64,000 nt of DNA, taken from the NCBI GenBank assembly GCA_040218735.1, contig JAVJQW010000019.1, positions 320,001 through 384,000 on the forward strand. The letters run 5' to 3'. The DNA comes from Deltaproteobacteria bacterium. Its GTDB lineage: Bacteria > Myxococcota > Kuafuiibacteriia > Kuafuiibacteriales > Kuafuiibacteriaceae. Made by a program: the position numbers and the translations under genes. The notes under the pieces were generated by a model. That model saw only the letters and a program-made list of their open reading frames with translations. It was not told the DNA's origin and ran no database searches. Below, in pieces: positions 1 to 10,301 of the stretch (positions are counted from its first letter, which is position 1; every line of letters begins with the position of its first letter).

Positions 1-83
1 AGCTTGGCGATCGTGCGCTCGTCCACCCGCGGAAACTGCCAAACCCCGGCGCGAGTTTCAGCAGCTTTTACGTCACGGTTTCG

Positions 84-746
84 TCACGGCGCGCGCGGCA
101 CGATCTGCGCGTCGTCGAGCGACGCGGCGTGCGCCTCGGCCTTCTCCCGCTCCTCGAAGACCCCGACGAGGGAGCGCCCGCCGTCCGCGGCGACGCGCCA
201 GACCTCCCAGGTCCCCTCGGTGGAGACCGCGCGTACCGGGGCGGGGGGGCGCTTGGGGCGTGCGCCGCGCGCGGAGACGATGCGTTCGCGTCGCGCGCGG
301 GCGTCGGCTTCGGGTTCGAGCTCGATGCGGGCCCCGGTCTGGTCCGCGCGCCACGCGGCTTCGCGCGGGGAAGGGGTCTCGTGGACGACCGCGCCGTCGA
401 CGACGAGTCGGTGCATCTGCCAGGCGGGGAAGTGCTCCTCCAGCGCGATGGCGTAGTGGGTCGGGTCCTCGTCCAGGCGGTCGACGACGTCCGCCAGCGC
501 GAGCCGCGCGACGAGGTAGTCGATGTCGCGGAGGTCGCCGTTGACGTAGCAGGTGTCGTCGCCGGCTCTGAAGTGCAGCTCGAAGGAGGTGCCGTCCTCG
601 AGCTCGAAGCCCCACGCGGGGAGGCCGCGCGGCCCGTTCGCACCGTAGTGCGGCGGGCCGAACCGCGCCTGCATGGCGGCTTCGTCGATCGCGAACCGGA
701 ACAACATCCGGCCCGGCGGCGAGAACGCGAACTCGGCGCGCTTCAC
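84..746 (-). CDS. Hypothetical protein with a small C-terminal WxVWR...(F)xxREeAE (SPOR-like) module
   Basis: Normal amino-acid composition; GTG start overlaps the glnS stop (4-bp coupling); tail TWEVWRVAADGGRSLVGVFEEREKAEAHAASL. Confidence 0.6.
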   Translation of the reverse strand: MKRAEFAFSPPGRMLFRFAIDEAAMQARFGPPHYGANGPRGLPAWGFELEDGTSFELHFRAGDDTCYVNGDLRDIDYLVARLALADVVDRLDEDPTHYAIALEEHFPAWQMHRLVVDGAVVHETPSPREAAWRADQTGARIELEPEADARARRERIVSARGARPKRPPAPVRAVSTEGTWEVWRVAADGGRSLVGVFEEREKAEAHAASLDDAQIVPRAP

Positions 747-2446
747 TTCTTGGACTGACCCGACTGCTTCGCGATCTTCGCCCAGCTGTCACGCAGCGGG
801 ACGGTGCGGTTGAACACCGGCCGCTCCGCGGTCGAGTCGGGATCCGCGATGAAGTAGCCGGTGCGCTCGAACTGGTAGCGCTGGCCGGCCTCCGTCCCGC
901 CGAGCGAGCGCTCGACCTTCGCGTTTTCGATGACGACCTCGGACTTGTCGTTGAGCTGCTCGAAGAAGTCCCCTTCGTCGTCGGCGACCTCGTCGTCGAG
1001 GAGCAGCGGTTCGTACAGGCGCACCTCGGCTTCGACGGCGTGTTTCGCGGAGACCCAGTGGATGGTGCCCTTCACTCGGCGCCCGTCCGGCGGCGAGCCG
1101 CCGCGGGTCTCGGGGTCGTAGGTGCAGTGCACTTCGACGACGTTGCCGTCGTCGTCCTTCACGAACCCGGTGCACGTGACGAGGTACGCCCAGCGCAACC
1201 GAACCTCGCGGCCGACGGAGAGGCGGAAGAACTTCTTCGGCGCGTCCTCCATGAAGTCGGTCGCCTCGATGTAGATCTCCTTGCCGAACGGGATCTCGCG
1301 CGAGCCCATCTTCGGCGGGTCGTCCGGGAAGTTCGGCGCCTCGAAGACGTCCTCTTGGTCCTCCGGGTAGTTCGTGATGACGAGCTTCAGCGGGTTCAGC
1401 ACCGCCATCACGCGCGGCGTGGTGGTGTTGAGGTCGTCGCGCACGGTGCTCTCGAGGAGCGCCATGTCGACCACGCTGTTGCGCCGCGCGACGCCGACCT
1501 TCTCGCAGAACTCGCGGATCGCTTCGGGCCGGTAGCCGCGCCGGCGCAGCGCCGCGAGTGTCATCAGGCGCGGGTCGTCCCAGCCGCGCACCTTCCCGTC
1601 CTGCACGAGCCGCAGGAGCTTCCGTTTGCTCATGACGGTGTGCGTGAGGTTGAGGCGCGCGAACTCGGTCTGCTCGGGCGGAGCGTCGCTGTCGATCAGG
1701 TGCCCGACGAGCCAGTCGTACAGCTCGCGGTTGTTCTCGAACTCGAGCGAGCACAGCGAGTGCGTGACGCCTTCGATCGCGTCCGACAGGCAGTGCGCGA
1801 AGTCGTAGAACGGGTAGATGCACCAGTCGTCGCCGGTGCGGTAGTGCGAGATCTTCCGGATGCGGTACAGCGGCGGGTCGCGCAACTTCATGTTCGGCGC
1901 GGACATGTCGATCTTCGCGCGCAGCGTGTACTTGCCGTCCTCGAACTCACCGGCCTTCATGCGCGCGAACAGATCGAGGTTCTCTTCAGTGGAACGGTCG
2001 CGGTCGGGGCTCGGCGTGCCGGGCTCCTTCACGGTGCCGCGCGTCGCGCGGACCTCGGCTTCGCTCTGGCTGCACACAAACGCGAGGCCCTTCTCGATGA
2101 GCTTCACGCCGAACTGGTAGAGCTGCTCGTAGTAGTCGCTCGCGAAGTACAGGTGCTCGCCCCAGTCGAACCCGAGCCAGCGGATGTCCTCCTGGATGGA
2201 CTCGACGTACTTCATGTCCTCCTTCGCCGGGTTGGTGTCGTCGAAGCGGAGGTGGCAGCGCCCGCCGAACTCTTGGGCGACGCCGAAGTTCAGGCAGATC
2301 GCCTTCGCGTGCCCGATGTGCAGGTAGCCGTTCGGCTCCGGCGGGAAGCGCGTGACGACGCGGCCCCCGTGTTTGTCGGAGGCGACGTCGGCCTTCACCA
2401 TCTGGCGGATGAAGTTCGAGTTGATGAGCTCGTTGTCGTTAGCCAA
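743..2446 (-). CDS. glnS: Glutamine--tRNA ligase
   Basis: TRFPPEPNGYLHIGH (HIGH), VMSKRKL, GWDDPR, KGTIHWVS and YQFERTGYF motifs; 567 aa, no Yqey tail. Confidence 0.98.
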   Translation of the reverse strand: MANDNELINSNFIRQMVKADVASDKHGGRVVTRFPPEPNGYLHIGHAKAICLNFGVAQEFGGRCHLRFDDTNPAKEDMKYVESIQEDIRWLGFDWGEHLYFASDYYEQLYQFGVKLIEKGLAFVCSQSEAEVRATRGTVKEPGTPSPDRDRSTEENLDLFARMKAGEFEDGKYTLRAKIDMSAPNMKLRDPPLYRIRKISHYRTGDDWCIYPFYDFAHCLSDAIEGVTHSLCSLEFENNRELYDWLVGHLIDSDAPPEQTEFARLNLTHTVMSKRKLLRLVQDGKVRGWDDPRLMTLAALRRRGYRPEAIREFCEKVGVARRNSVVDMALLESTVRDDLNTTTPRVMAVLNPLKLVITNYPEDQEDVFEAPNFPDDPPKMGSREIPFGKEIYIEATDFMEDAPKKFFRLSVGREVRLRWAYLVTCTGFVKDDDGNVVEVHCTYDPETRGGSPPDGRRVKGTIHWVSAKHAVEAEVRLYEPLLLDDEVADDEGDFFEQLNDKSEVVIENAKVERSLGGTEAGQRYQFERTGYFIADPDSTAERPVFNRTVPLRDSWAKIAKQSGQSKK

Positions 2447-2523
2447 GGCGGGACCGTTGTTCCTGGTTTGCTGCGGCGATTCAAGTCCTGCGTTACGCTG
2501 AGGCCCTGTTCTTCCTCACGGCC

Positions 2524-3921
2524 ATGATCCTGACCGCCGCAACCCCACAGGCGTTGGAAGCGAAGGTGTCCTTCGACCCCACGGCACACACCTTCGAGGC
2601 CTGCGGGACGTGGACCTTCGATTCGGCGGGCCCTGCGCCCTACGTCCTCGCGTCGGGCGTCACGGCGAAGCTCGACGCCAAGCCCGCACCGGAGGGGGTG
2701 TTGGTGCCCGAAGACCGCCGCGTCGCCTTTCGTGCGTGGGGCTCGGCGGATCGCCCGGGCGAGAACTTCGTCGGGCCCGACGCGGTGCTGCTCAACGGCG
2801 TGACGTTTCAGTTCTACCCGCGCTTCGAGGGGTCGGTGGACACCGTCGTCCGCGTCGAGGCGCCCGAGGGTTGGATCGTCCGCGCGACGGGTGACGCCGA
2901 GGGCGACGGCTTTCGCGCGCCGACGACACGGTGGTTCCTGGTCGCGGGGCGCAAGAACGGGCACGAGCTGCGGCGCGGTGATCTCGAGGTGGTGGTCGCC
3001 GAGGAGGCGACGGCGGGACCGTTCCTCGACGCGCTCGAACGCATCACGACGGAGCTGGAGGGGTGGTACGGGCGCCGGCCCAGCCGGACGCTCACCGTCG
3101 TGGAGGTCCCGTTCGACGGCGGCTTCTCGGGGATCGGTCTGATCGTCGTCCACGGCGGCGCGGTCCGGTCGTTCTTGGAGGGCGATCGCGAGGGGGCGTT
3201 CCTCGCGCACGAGATCGCGCACCAGTGGTTCGGCGGGGTGCTCGACTCGACGAACGCGATCCGCGAGGGCCTCGCGACCTACACGGCGCTGCGCTACGAG
3301 CGTGCGCGATCTGCGGAGCGCGGGGAGCTCTATCGCGAGCGGTTGCTCGAGATGGCGTCGCGCGCGCGGCCGGGCCGGACGATCCGGGAGATCACGCGGG
3401 CGGATGGTTGGCGTGACTACGAGGCGGTGGCCTACGCGCGCTCGGCGCTGGTGTTCGATCGGGTGCGCGAGCAGATCGGTGACGATCGGTTTCATGCGCT
3501 GCTCAGGCGTTGGGTGAGTACCGCGTCTGTGACCCAGGCGATGAGTTTCGATGAGTTTCTCGCGCCGCTCGACGAGATTGCGCCCGAGCTCGACGTCGAC
3601 CCATTCGTCGCGCGCACCGTCGACGCCGACTGGGACCCACGCACGAACGAGGTGCGGCGCGAGGTCACGACGATCTCCGGCAAGATCGCCGCGCTCTTGG
3701 TGGCGCTCACGTTTTTGTTCGCGCGTCGTTTCGCCCCGGTCGAGGGCCTCGCGGCGGCGGGCGTCGCGCTGTGGATGGTGCGCCTCCCGTGGGTGATCGC
3801 GTGGCCGGTCGTCGCCGGGATCGCGCTCGTCCTCGGCGGGACGTACCTGTTGCCCGACGGGTACCGAGGCTGGGCGGTGATCGGCTACTTCGTCGCGGCC
3901 TCGGCGTTCTTCGCGTTCTGA
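2524..3921 (+). CDS. M1/gluzincin-type metallopeptidase with C-terminal transmembrane helices
   Basis: LAHEIAHQWFG followed by IREGLATY (HExxH...E); YARSALVF motif; hydrophobic C-terminus. Confidence 0.8.
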   Translation: MILTAATPQALEAKVSFDPTAHTFEACGTWTFDSAGPAPYVLASGVTAKLDAKPAPEGVLVPEDRRVAFRAWGSADRPGENFVGPDAVLLNGVTFQFYPRFEGSVDTVVRVEAPEGWIVRATGDAEGDGFRAPTTRWFLVAGRKNGHELRRGDLEVVVAEEATAGPFLDALERITTELEGWYGRRPSRTLTVVEVPFDGGFSGIGLIVVHGGAVRSFLEGDREGAFLAHEIAHQWFGGVLDSTNAIREGLATYTALRYERARSAERGELYRERLLEMASRARPGRTIREITRADGWRDYEAVAYARSALVFDRVREQIGDDRFHALLRRWVSTASVTQAMSFDEFLAPLDEIAPELDVDPFVARTVDADWDPRTNEVRREVTTISGKIAALLVALTFLFARRFAPVEGLAAAGVALWMVRLPWVIAWPVVAGIALVLGGTYLLPDGYRGWAVIGYFVAASAFFAF

Positions 3922-3949
3922 TCCCTCTTTCGCGCCGGCCCGTATCGAC

Positions 3950-4936
3950 GTGGACGCGCCGATGCGGCAGATCGTCGGCATGCCGATCATCGAACGCGAC
4001 CCCTGGCGCATGCAGTACTTCGAAGGGGTGTCGTGCCCCGACGCCGTCGAGATCCCCACCGAGGAGAGCGACGCCTACCGCCTCTTCCCGAAGCACCGGT
4101 GGGTCTTCAACAAACTCACCGTCGCGGAGAGCCAGGGGATCGTGTGTGGGTTGCACGGGATCGATCCGCCGTCGTTTCCGGTGTTCAGCAAACCCGTCTA
4201 CAACATGCGCGGCATGGGCGCGGGGAGCCGCGTGCTGCGAACGCCGGAGGGGTACGAGCGGTACAACAAACCGGGGCACTTCTGGATGGAGCTGCTGGAG
4301 GGTGAGCACGTGAGCTCGGACGTCGCGGTCGTCGACGGCGAGCCGGTGTGGTGGCGGCACGTGGTCGGCAAGCCGATCGGCCAGGGCAAGTTCGACTACT
4401 GGACGGTGAGCGCCGCGTCGAACCCGGCGGTGGAGGCGTACTGCACGGAGTGGATCCGCGAGAACATGAAGGGCTACTCGGGGATGATGAACCTCGAGAC
4501 GATCGGCGCGCGGATCATCGAGGTGCACCTTCGGTTCGCGGATCAGTGGCCGGATTTGTACGGGCGCGGTTGGCTCGACGCGTTGGTGAAGCTGTACGCG
4601 GAGGGGCGCTGGGACTACGCAGACGAGGATCGGCGTGATGGGTACAGCGTGGTGCTCTTCGGGATGCACGAGGTGGCTTATCAGCACCCGAACCCGGAGG
4701 TGATCGAGGCGATCCGCGCGTGGGCGCAGGTGTCGAGCGTGCAGGTCACCTTCCACGCCGACAAACCTTCGTGGGCGCACTCGATGCCGCCCGGTGGGTT
4801 TCGGCTCGCAATCATCAACACCTGGGATCTCGACGTCGGCGTGCGCGCGCGGCAGGAACTCGCGCTCGCGTTCTGGGCGGCGCAAGGTCTGTTGCCGAAG
4901 GGAGCGAAGCGGGCCCGCGCCGCCGAGGCGCGCTGA
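3950..4936 (+). CDS. Conserved protein, ATP-grasp-like
   Basis: FPVFSKPVYNMRGMGAGS, FWMELLEGEHVSSD and MNLETIGARIIEVHLR resemble ATP-grasp motifs; stop overlaps the next start. Confidence 0.6.
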   Translation: MDAPMRQIVGMPIIERDPWRMQYFEGVSCPDAVEIPTEESDAYRLFPKHRWVFNKLTVAESQGIVCGLHGIDPPSFPVFSKPVYNMRGMGAGSRVLRTPEGYERYNKPGHFWMELLEGEHVSSDVAVVDGEPVWWRHVVGKPIGQGKFDYWTVSAASNPAVEAYCTEWIRENMKGYSGMMNLETIGARIIEVHLRFADQWPDLYGRGWLDALVKLYAEGRWDYADEDRRDGYSVVLFGMHEVAYQHPNPEVIEAIRAWAQVSSVQVTFHADKPSWAHSMPPGGFRLAIINTWDLDVGVRARQELALAFWAAQGLLPKGAKRARAAEAR

Positions 4937-6957
4937 TGGTGCGCGTGCGCGACGACCTCGCGGACCGCGTCCGGGAGATCGAGAACGTCTTCATCGAGCT
5001 ATCGGACGGGTGCCGCCTCGCGGCGCGTGTGTTCCTGCCGATCGACGAGGCGCCGGTGCCCGCGATCCTCGAGTACCTCCCGTACCGCAAACGCGACTTC
5101 ATGCGCGCGCGTGACGAACGGATGCATCGTTACTTCGCGGCGCACGGTTACGTGTCGCTGCGCGTGGACATCCGCGGGACGGGCGACAGCGACGGTGTGC
5201 TCGAGGATGAGTACAGCGTGCAGGAGCAGCTCGATGGGTTGGAGGTCATCACATGGATCGCCCAGCAGCCGTGGTGCTCGGGGCGCGTGGGGATGATCGG
5301 GATCTCGTGGGGTGGGTTCAACGCCCTGCAGATCGCGGCGCGTCGGCCTCCGGAGCTCGGCGCGATCATCACGTTGTGTGCGTCGGACGATCGCTACAGC
5401 GACGACGCGCACTACATGGGTGGGTGCCTGCTGAACGAGAACCTGCAGTGGGGTTCGATACTCATGACCTACGACGCGCTGCCGCCGGACCCGGAGATCG
5501 TGGGGGAGCGGTGGCGCTCGATGTGGCTGGAGCGCCTGGACGCTGCGGTTGCGTTCCCCGCGCTGTGGATGCGTCACCCGCTGCGCGACGCGCAGTGGAC
5601 GCAGGGATCGGTGTGTGAGGACTACGGATCGATCACCTGCCCGGTCTACGCGATCGGCGGGTGGGCGGATGGGTACAGCAATGCGGTGCCGCGGTTGCTG
5701 GAGCATCTGAGCTCACCCAAGAAGGGTTTGATCGGTCCGTGGGCGCACGCGTTTCCCAACACGGCGATCCCGGGGCCGCGGCTCGGCTTCCTGCAAGAGA
5801 GCTTGCGGTGGTGGGATCGGTGGTTGAAGGACGAGGACGACGGCATCATGGACGAGCCGCTGCTCACGGTCTGGATGCAGGAGTCCGTGCCGCCGGCGCC
5901 GCAGTACGAACATCGCGAGGGCCGGTGGATCGTCGAGTCCGCGTGGCCGCCGCCGAGTGTTCGGGCCGAGCGGTGGTTCCTCGCACCAGGATCGTTGGAG
6001 GCTTCGCCGCCGTCGGACCGCGAGACGATGGTGGTGAGCTCGCCGCAGATCACGGGGATGGTGTCGGGGGAGTGGTGTGCGTTCGGTTCGGCGGGCGAGA
6101 TGCCGCTGGACCAGCGCCCGGACGACGGGCGTTCGTTGGTCTTCGACTCCGCGCCGCTGACGGCGCCGCTGGAGATCCTCGGCGCGCCGACGGTGGCGCT
6201 GGACCTCTCGGTGGATCGCGAGGTCGCGCTGATCGCGGTGCGCCTCGACGAGGTGGATCCGGCGGGCGCTTCGACGCGGATCAGCTACGGGTTGTTGAAC
6301 CTCACCCACCGCGAGGGGCACGGGGAGGCGCGCCCGATGCGACCGGGGGCGCGCGAGCGGGTGGTCGTCGCGCTGAACGACATCGCCCACGTCTTCACGG
6401 CCGGACACCGCGTTCGGCTCGCGATCAGCACGGCGTACTGGCCGATCGCCTGGCCGCCGCCGCACGCGGCGGTGTTGTCGCTACACCTCGGTGAGGCGTC
6501 TCTCGCGCTCCCGGTGCGCTCGGGTGAGGACGGCCCGGCGCCCCGCTTCGCGGACCCGGAGGTCGCGCCGAGCACGTCGGCGTCGCCGATGTCCCCGCGT
6601 CCGTTCCGCCGCACCGTCGAGCGCGACCTCGCGAACGGCGAAGTCACCTACCGCCTCCAGACCACGGAGTTCGAAGGCCACGCGATGGGCCACCTCCCGG
6701 ACATCGACCTGGAGATCGGACACGAGATCCAGAAGACACACCGCATCTGCCCGAACGACCCCCTCACCGCGCAGAGCACGATGGTGCAGTGGGCGATGAT
6801 GCGGCGCGGGGATTGGTCGGTGCGGATCGACTGCCGCACGTGCCTGACGAGCGAGGCGGACCACCTTCACTTCACCGCCGAGCTCGTGGCGCGGGAGGGG
6901 GACGAGGAAGTGCGTCGGCTGAGTTGGGACGAGCGGATCGCGCGCGTGGGTTTTTGA
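4936..6957 (+). CDS. CocE/NonD family (peptidase S15) serine hydrolase
   Basis: ILEYLPYRKRD, DIRGTGDSDG, nucleophile motif GISWGG, GGWADGY, IGPWAH; ATG at 4936 overlaps the upstream TGA. Confidence 0.93.
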   Translation: MVRVRDDLADRVREIENVFIELSDGCRLAARVFLPIDEAPVPAILEYLPYRKRDFMRARDERMHRYFAAHGYVSLRVDIRGTGDSDGVLEDEYSVQEQLDGLEVITWIAQQPWCSGRVGMIGISWGGFNALQIAARRPPELGAIITLCASDDRYSDDAHYMGGCLLNENLQWGSILMTYDALPPDPEIVGERWRSMWLERLDAAVAFPALWMRHPLRDAQWTQGSVCEDYGSITCPVYAIGGWADGYSNAVPRLLEHLSSPKKGLIGPWAHAFPNTAIPGPRLGFLQESLRWWDRWLKDEDDGIMDEPLLTVWMQESVPPAPQYEHREGRWIVESAWPPPSVRAERWFLAPGSLEASPPSDRETMVVSSPQITGMVSGEWCAFGSAGEMPLDQRPDDGRSLVFDSAPLTAPLEILGAPTVALDLSVDREVALIAVRLDEVDPAGASTRISYGLLNLTHREGHGEARPMRPGARERVVVALNDIAHVFTAGHRVRLAISTAYWPIAWPPPHAAVLSLHLGEASLALPVRSGEDGPAPRFADPEVAPSTSASPMSPRPFRRTVERDLANGEVTYRLQTTEFEGHAMGHLPDIDLEIGHEIQKTHRICPNDPLTAQSTMVQWAMMRRGDWSVRIDCRTCLTSEADHLHFTAELVAREGDEEVRRLSWDERIARVGF

Positions 6958-6987
6958 CTTGGGTCGACGTCCCATTCGGGAAAGAAC

Positions 6988-7068
6988 ACAGGAGACGGGA
7001 GATCTGGAGAGGCTCTGCTGATCGCGGAAGCTGTGCACCTCCCGAGCTCCCGTCTCTTGTAACTTTTT
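6988..7068. terminator. Long hairpin between convergent genes, probable terminator
   Basis: acaggagacgggag (6988) pairs with ctcccgtctcttgt (ends 7060), followed by aacttttt. Confidence 0.6.
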
Positions 7069-7105
7069 CAGGAACTCGAGCGATCGCCGGTGGGGGCGTG
7101 CCGCG

Positions 7106-8101
7106 TCAGCGAGCGCGTCGCTCGGCGGTTGTGAGGATCAGCTCCAGAAGGTCGCGATATTCCAACCCATCGAAGCGCGCCATCAACGCCAGCTTCGCAG
7201 CGTGGCTCCACGCCGGGTTGGGGTTGACCTCCATGAGTTTGATCGCGCCGTCCGCGCCGGTGCGGAAGTCGAAGCGCGCGTAGTCGCGGCAACCCAGGCG
7301 CGCGAACAGGCGCTCCGCGCGGGTGCGCAGCTCGGCGATCACGTCGGCGTCGAGCTCGGCGCGGCGGACCTTCACGCGTCCGTAGTCGGTGTCCGGCCCG
7401 GTCTTGGATTCGAAGGCGAGGATCTTCGGGAGGTGGTCGGGGAGCGCCGAGAAGTCGACTTCGAGGGGCGGCAGCGCGCGGAAGCCGTGGCCCGGGTTGC
7501 CGATGAGCGCGAGGCCGTACTCGGGGCCCGGGAGGTACTCCTGGACGAGGGCCGGCTCGCCCGGGAGGTTCTCCCGAAACCAGGTGAGTTGGCGTTCGGC
7601 TTCCTCCTGCGAGTGGACGACCGCGTTGGTGTTGATGCCGACGCTGCCGTCGCCGCGCGCCGGTTTGATGAGCGAAGGAAACGTCAGCGCGGGGATGGTG
7701 TCGTCGGGGCCGATGACGGCCTCGTGCGGGACGGGGACATCGAGGTCCTGCGCGAGGAGGCGGACGAGCGCCTTGTCGTAGCAGAGCACCATCGCCTGGG
7801 GCCCCGAGCCCGTGTACGGGACGCCGAACACCTCGAGGAGCGCGGGGACGTGCAGCTCTTGGGTGGCGCGGTTGTCGTAGCCCGTGTCGCAGAAGTTCAC
7901 GACGAACGCAGGCGGGTCGTCACGCAGTCGATCGAGGAGCTCGGCGTGGCGGGTGAGGACGTCGAACGTTCGACCCTTCAGCGAGCGGAACGCCTCGACC
8001 ATCGCGTCGTGCAGCTCGAGGTCGTCGGCGCTGTACGCGCCGTCCCACTTGGTGGGGTCGGCCTGCTCGTGATCGCCGGTGAGGATCAGGATCGTGCCCA
8101 T
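7106..8101 (-). CDS. D-alanine--D-alanine ligase-like ATP-grasp protein (atypical)
   Basis: VPYTGS, YDKAL, FPSLIKP...GSVGI, LVQEYLPGPE, RDYARFDFR and EVNPNP; lacks the canonical N-terminal GGxSxE motif of Ddl. Confidence 0.85.
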   Translation of the reverse strand: MGTILILTGDHEQADPTKWDGAYSADDLELHDAMVEAFRSLKGRTFDVLTRHAELLDRLRDDPPAFVVNFCDTGYDNRATQELHVPALLEVFGVPYTGSGPQAMVLCYDKALVRLLAQDLDVPVPHEAVIGPDDTIPALTFPSLIKPARGDGSVGINTNAVVHSQEEAERQLTWFRENLPGEPALVQEYLPGPEYGLALIGNPGHGFRALPPLEVDFSALPDHLPKILAFESKTGPDTDYGRVKVRRAELDADVIAELRTRAERLFARLGCRDYARFDFRTGADGAIKLMEVNPNPAWSHAAKLALMARFDGLEYRDLLELILTTAERRAR

Positions 8102-8123
8102 ACGCTACGAAGGTAGCGCAGTT

Positions 8124-8549
8124 CTACGCTTCGGATAACGGCGGCTCGGGGGCGTGCTCCGCGTGCTGCGGAGCGTCGCCGCCGATGTGATCCCACGGCG
8201 CCTTGGACGCAACGAAGATGTGCATCTCGATCTGCACACCCGGGTCACCATCCACGCTCCCGAGCGTCACCCCGTGGACGGCGCCGCCGCCGATCCCGCA
8301 CAGCGTCGTTCCGCAACGCGAACAGAACCCCATCCCCCAACCGGGCGCCGTCTCGTAGAGCGTGAGCAGCTCGCGACCCGCGGTCCAGGTGAACGCGTCT
8401 GCGTCGACCTCTGCGTAGGCCGATCCGGCGCCGCTGAATGCCTTGCGGCACCGCGAACAATGACAGCTGCGCGCGGCGCGGAGGGGCGCGTCGATCGCGT
8501 AGCGGATCGCGCCGCAGAAGCAGCCGCCCGTCTTGGGTTCGAAGCTCAT
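8124..8549 (-). CDS. GFA/CENP-V family zinc-binding protein
   Basis: GGCFCGAIRY, CHCSRCRK, FCSRCGT, HIFVASKAPW. Confidence 0.92.
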   Translation of the reverse strand: MSFEPKTGGCFCGAIRYAIDAPLRAARSCHCSRCRKAFSGAGSAYAEVDADAFTWTAGRELLTLYETAPGWGMGFCSRCGTTLCGIGGGAVHGVTLGSVDGDPGVQIEMHIFVASKAPWDHIGGDAPQHAEHAPEPPLSEA

Positions 8550-8592
8550 CGCGTACCTACTCTTTCCGGAAGGGGGCACTCGCTCGAACTCA

Positions 8593-9000
8593 TCAGAACA
8601 ACGCTTCGCCCGGGAGCTTCGCGGCTTGTTTCATCCACTTCGTGATGAGTTTGTCGTCCATCTCATCGTCTTCGTGGATGTGGAAATAACGTACGTTCTC
8701 TTGCTTCGAAGTCTCCGGGGGCGGTGGTTTCATCGAAGCGCCCTGGAAGAACGTGACTTTGATGTACTTCGTCATGCAGTGGTACGAGACGAACCACCCG
8801 TTGCCTTCGATGCCGTAGAAGGGTGAGTTCCACCGAACCGCCTTCTTCGCCTTGGGGACGGCTTCCATGATCAGCGCGTCCAGGCGCCGCACGACGACCT
8901 GCTTCCATCCGGGTGTCGCGTCGAGATACGCGGCGACCGGGGCGTCACCGTCGCCCTTCGGGATCTGGGGGTTGCCGCCGGAGAGCAGCTTGGGGGCCAT
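8593..9000 (-). CDS. DUF1801 (YdhG-like) protein
   Basis: LLSGGNPQIPKGDGDAPV and KAVRWNSPFYG signatures. Confidence 0.85.
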   Translation of the reverse strand: MAPKLLSGGNPQIPKGDGDAPVAAYLDATPGWKQVVVRRLDALIMEAVPKAKKAVRWNSPFYGIEGNGWFVSYHCMTKYIKVTFFQGASMKPPPPETSKQENVRYFHIHEDDEMDDKLITKWMKQAAKLPGEALF

Positions 9001-9066
9001 ACGTCACGCTACCACGCCGCCCTCGCGTTGACGCGGCTCTTGTCACCCTTACACTCGCTGCACCGG

Positions 9067-10275
9067 ATGTCCGATTTCGAAGAGATGCGAAAGCGTTGGC
9101 GCGAGCAAGGCCTCGAACCCACCGGCGAGCTCGCCGACGCCGCCAAGGACGCACCCGACACCCTCCACGGCCCGGAGCGCGACGTCCCGATCGTCACGCA
9201 GGACCCCAAAGCCGACATCGCAGCCGAGCGCGCCGAGGAGTCGCGCCACGCCTACTACGCCTACGAAAACGGTATCCCCGACGGAAAACTCGAGGTCCTG
9301 GAGAACCGGCGCCTCGACGCCAAGGACTACAGCCGAGGCACGTGGTTCCTCATACTGGGATCGATCACGTCGACCGTGCTCCTGTTCGTCGTCGGCACGG
9401 CGGTGTTCCCGAAGCTCACCGGCGTCGTCGGGATCATGAGCCTCATCGTCGGTCCGAGCGCGATGTACGGGTTGTGGCACTCCGTCGATCGGCACACGCG
9501 CGACTTCTTGCGGATGCTGGTCCCGGTGTTCCCCGTCGCGCTCATCTCGGGCCTGGTGTTGTACGGCGTCTTCGCGCCCGGGCCACGCGAGGAACCTCCC
9601 GCCGATCCGCCGGTGACCGAGAACGAAGCCCAGCTCCGCTGGCGCACGCGGGTCCTCCCGGGGCTGTCCCCGTTCGCCGCGCGAATGCTGTACGACGGCG
9701 ATCGCGTCTACGCCGACCTACGAAGGGAGCTCGCCACGGCGCGCGGGCCCGAGCTCCTCCTCGCGTTCCTCGAGCTGCGCGAGCGATGCAACGCAAAGCT
9801 GCGCGACGCGGAGCTCGGCGAGCGCGATCGGCAACGACTCGACGCGTGCCTCTCGTTCGCCGCACGCATGCGGCCCGACATCCGCGCGTGGGCGGAGCGC
9901 TACGGCAAGAACCTGTACGGCGTCGTCCCGGAGGATCCGTCGCTCGGCGCGCTGCGTGGGTTCATGGGGACGCGCGAGGTCGGCCCTTTGGTGCGCGGCG
10001 CGCTCGCCGCGCCCGACGCGGAGTGGCTGGTCTACCTCGGCGCGCTGTCGGAAGCGGCCGAGCTTCAGTCCGCGACGATCGAGCGGTTCCTCGCGACGAC
10101 GAAGTCGAAGGACACGACGCGCCGAGCGTGGATTCAGGCGAGGCTCGGGCTCGAGGGCCCCGAGGAGAAGCCGTGTGACGTGCTGCAGAGCGCCGCGGCG
10201 ACGGACGCGCTCGCCGATCTCGCGCAGCGCTGCGACCCCGAACGTTCGGGGCCAACGCCGTGGTGGATGCGATGA
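9067..10275 (+). CDS. Hypothetical membrane protein (three TM segments, helical C-terminal domain)
   Basis: Good codon bias; three hydrophobic stretches. Confidence 0.65.
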   Translation: MSDFEEMRKRWREQGLEPTGELADAAKDAPDTLHGPERDVPIVTQDPKADIAAERAEESRHAYYAYENGIPDGKLEVLENRRLDAKDYSRGTWFLILGSITSTVLLFVVGTAVFPKLTGVVGIMSLIVGPSAMYGLWHSVDRHTRDFLRMLVPVFPVALISGLVLYGVFAPGPREEPPADPPVTENEAQLRWRTRVLPGLSPFAARMLYDGDRVYADLRRELATARGPELLLAFLELRERCNAKLRDAELGERDRQRLDACLSFAARMRPDIRAWAERYGKNLYGVVPEDPSLGALRGFMGTREVGPLVRGALAAPDAEWLVYLGALSEAAELQSATIERFLATTKSKDTTRRAWIQARLGLEGPEEKPCDVLQSAAATDALADLAQRCDPERSGPTPWWMR

Positions 10276-10301
10276 CGGAGCGTCGCTACGGACGCAGGTG
10301 A

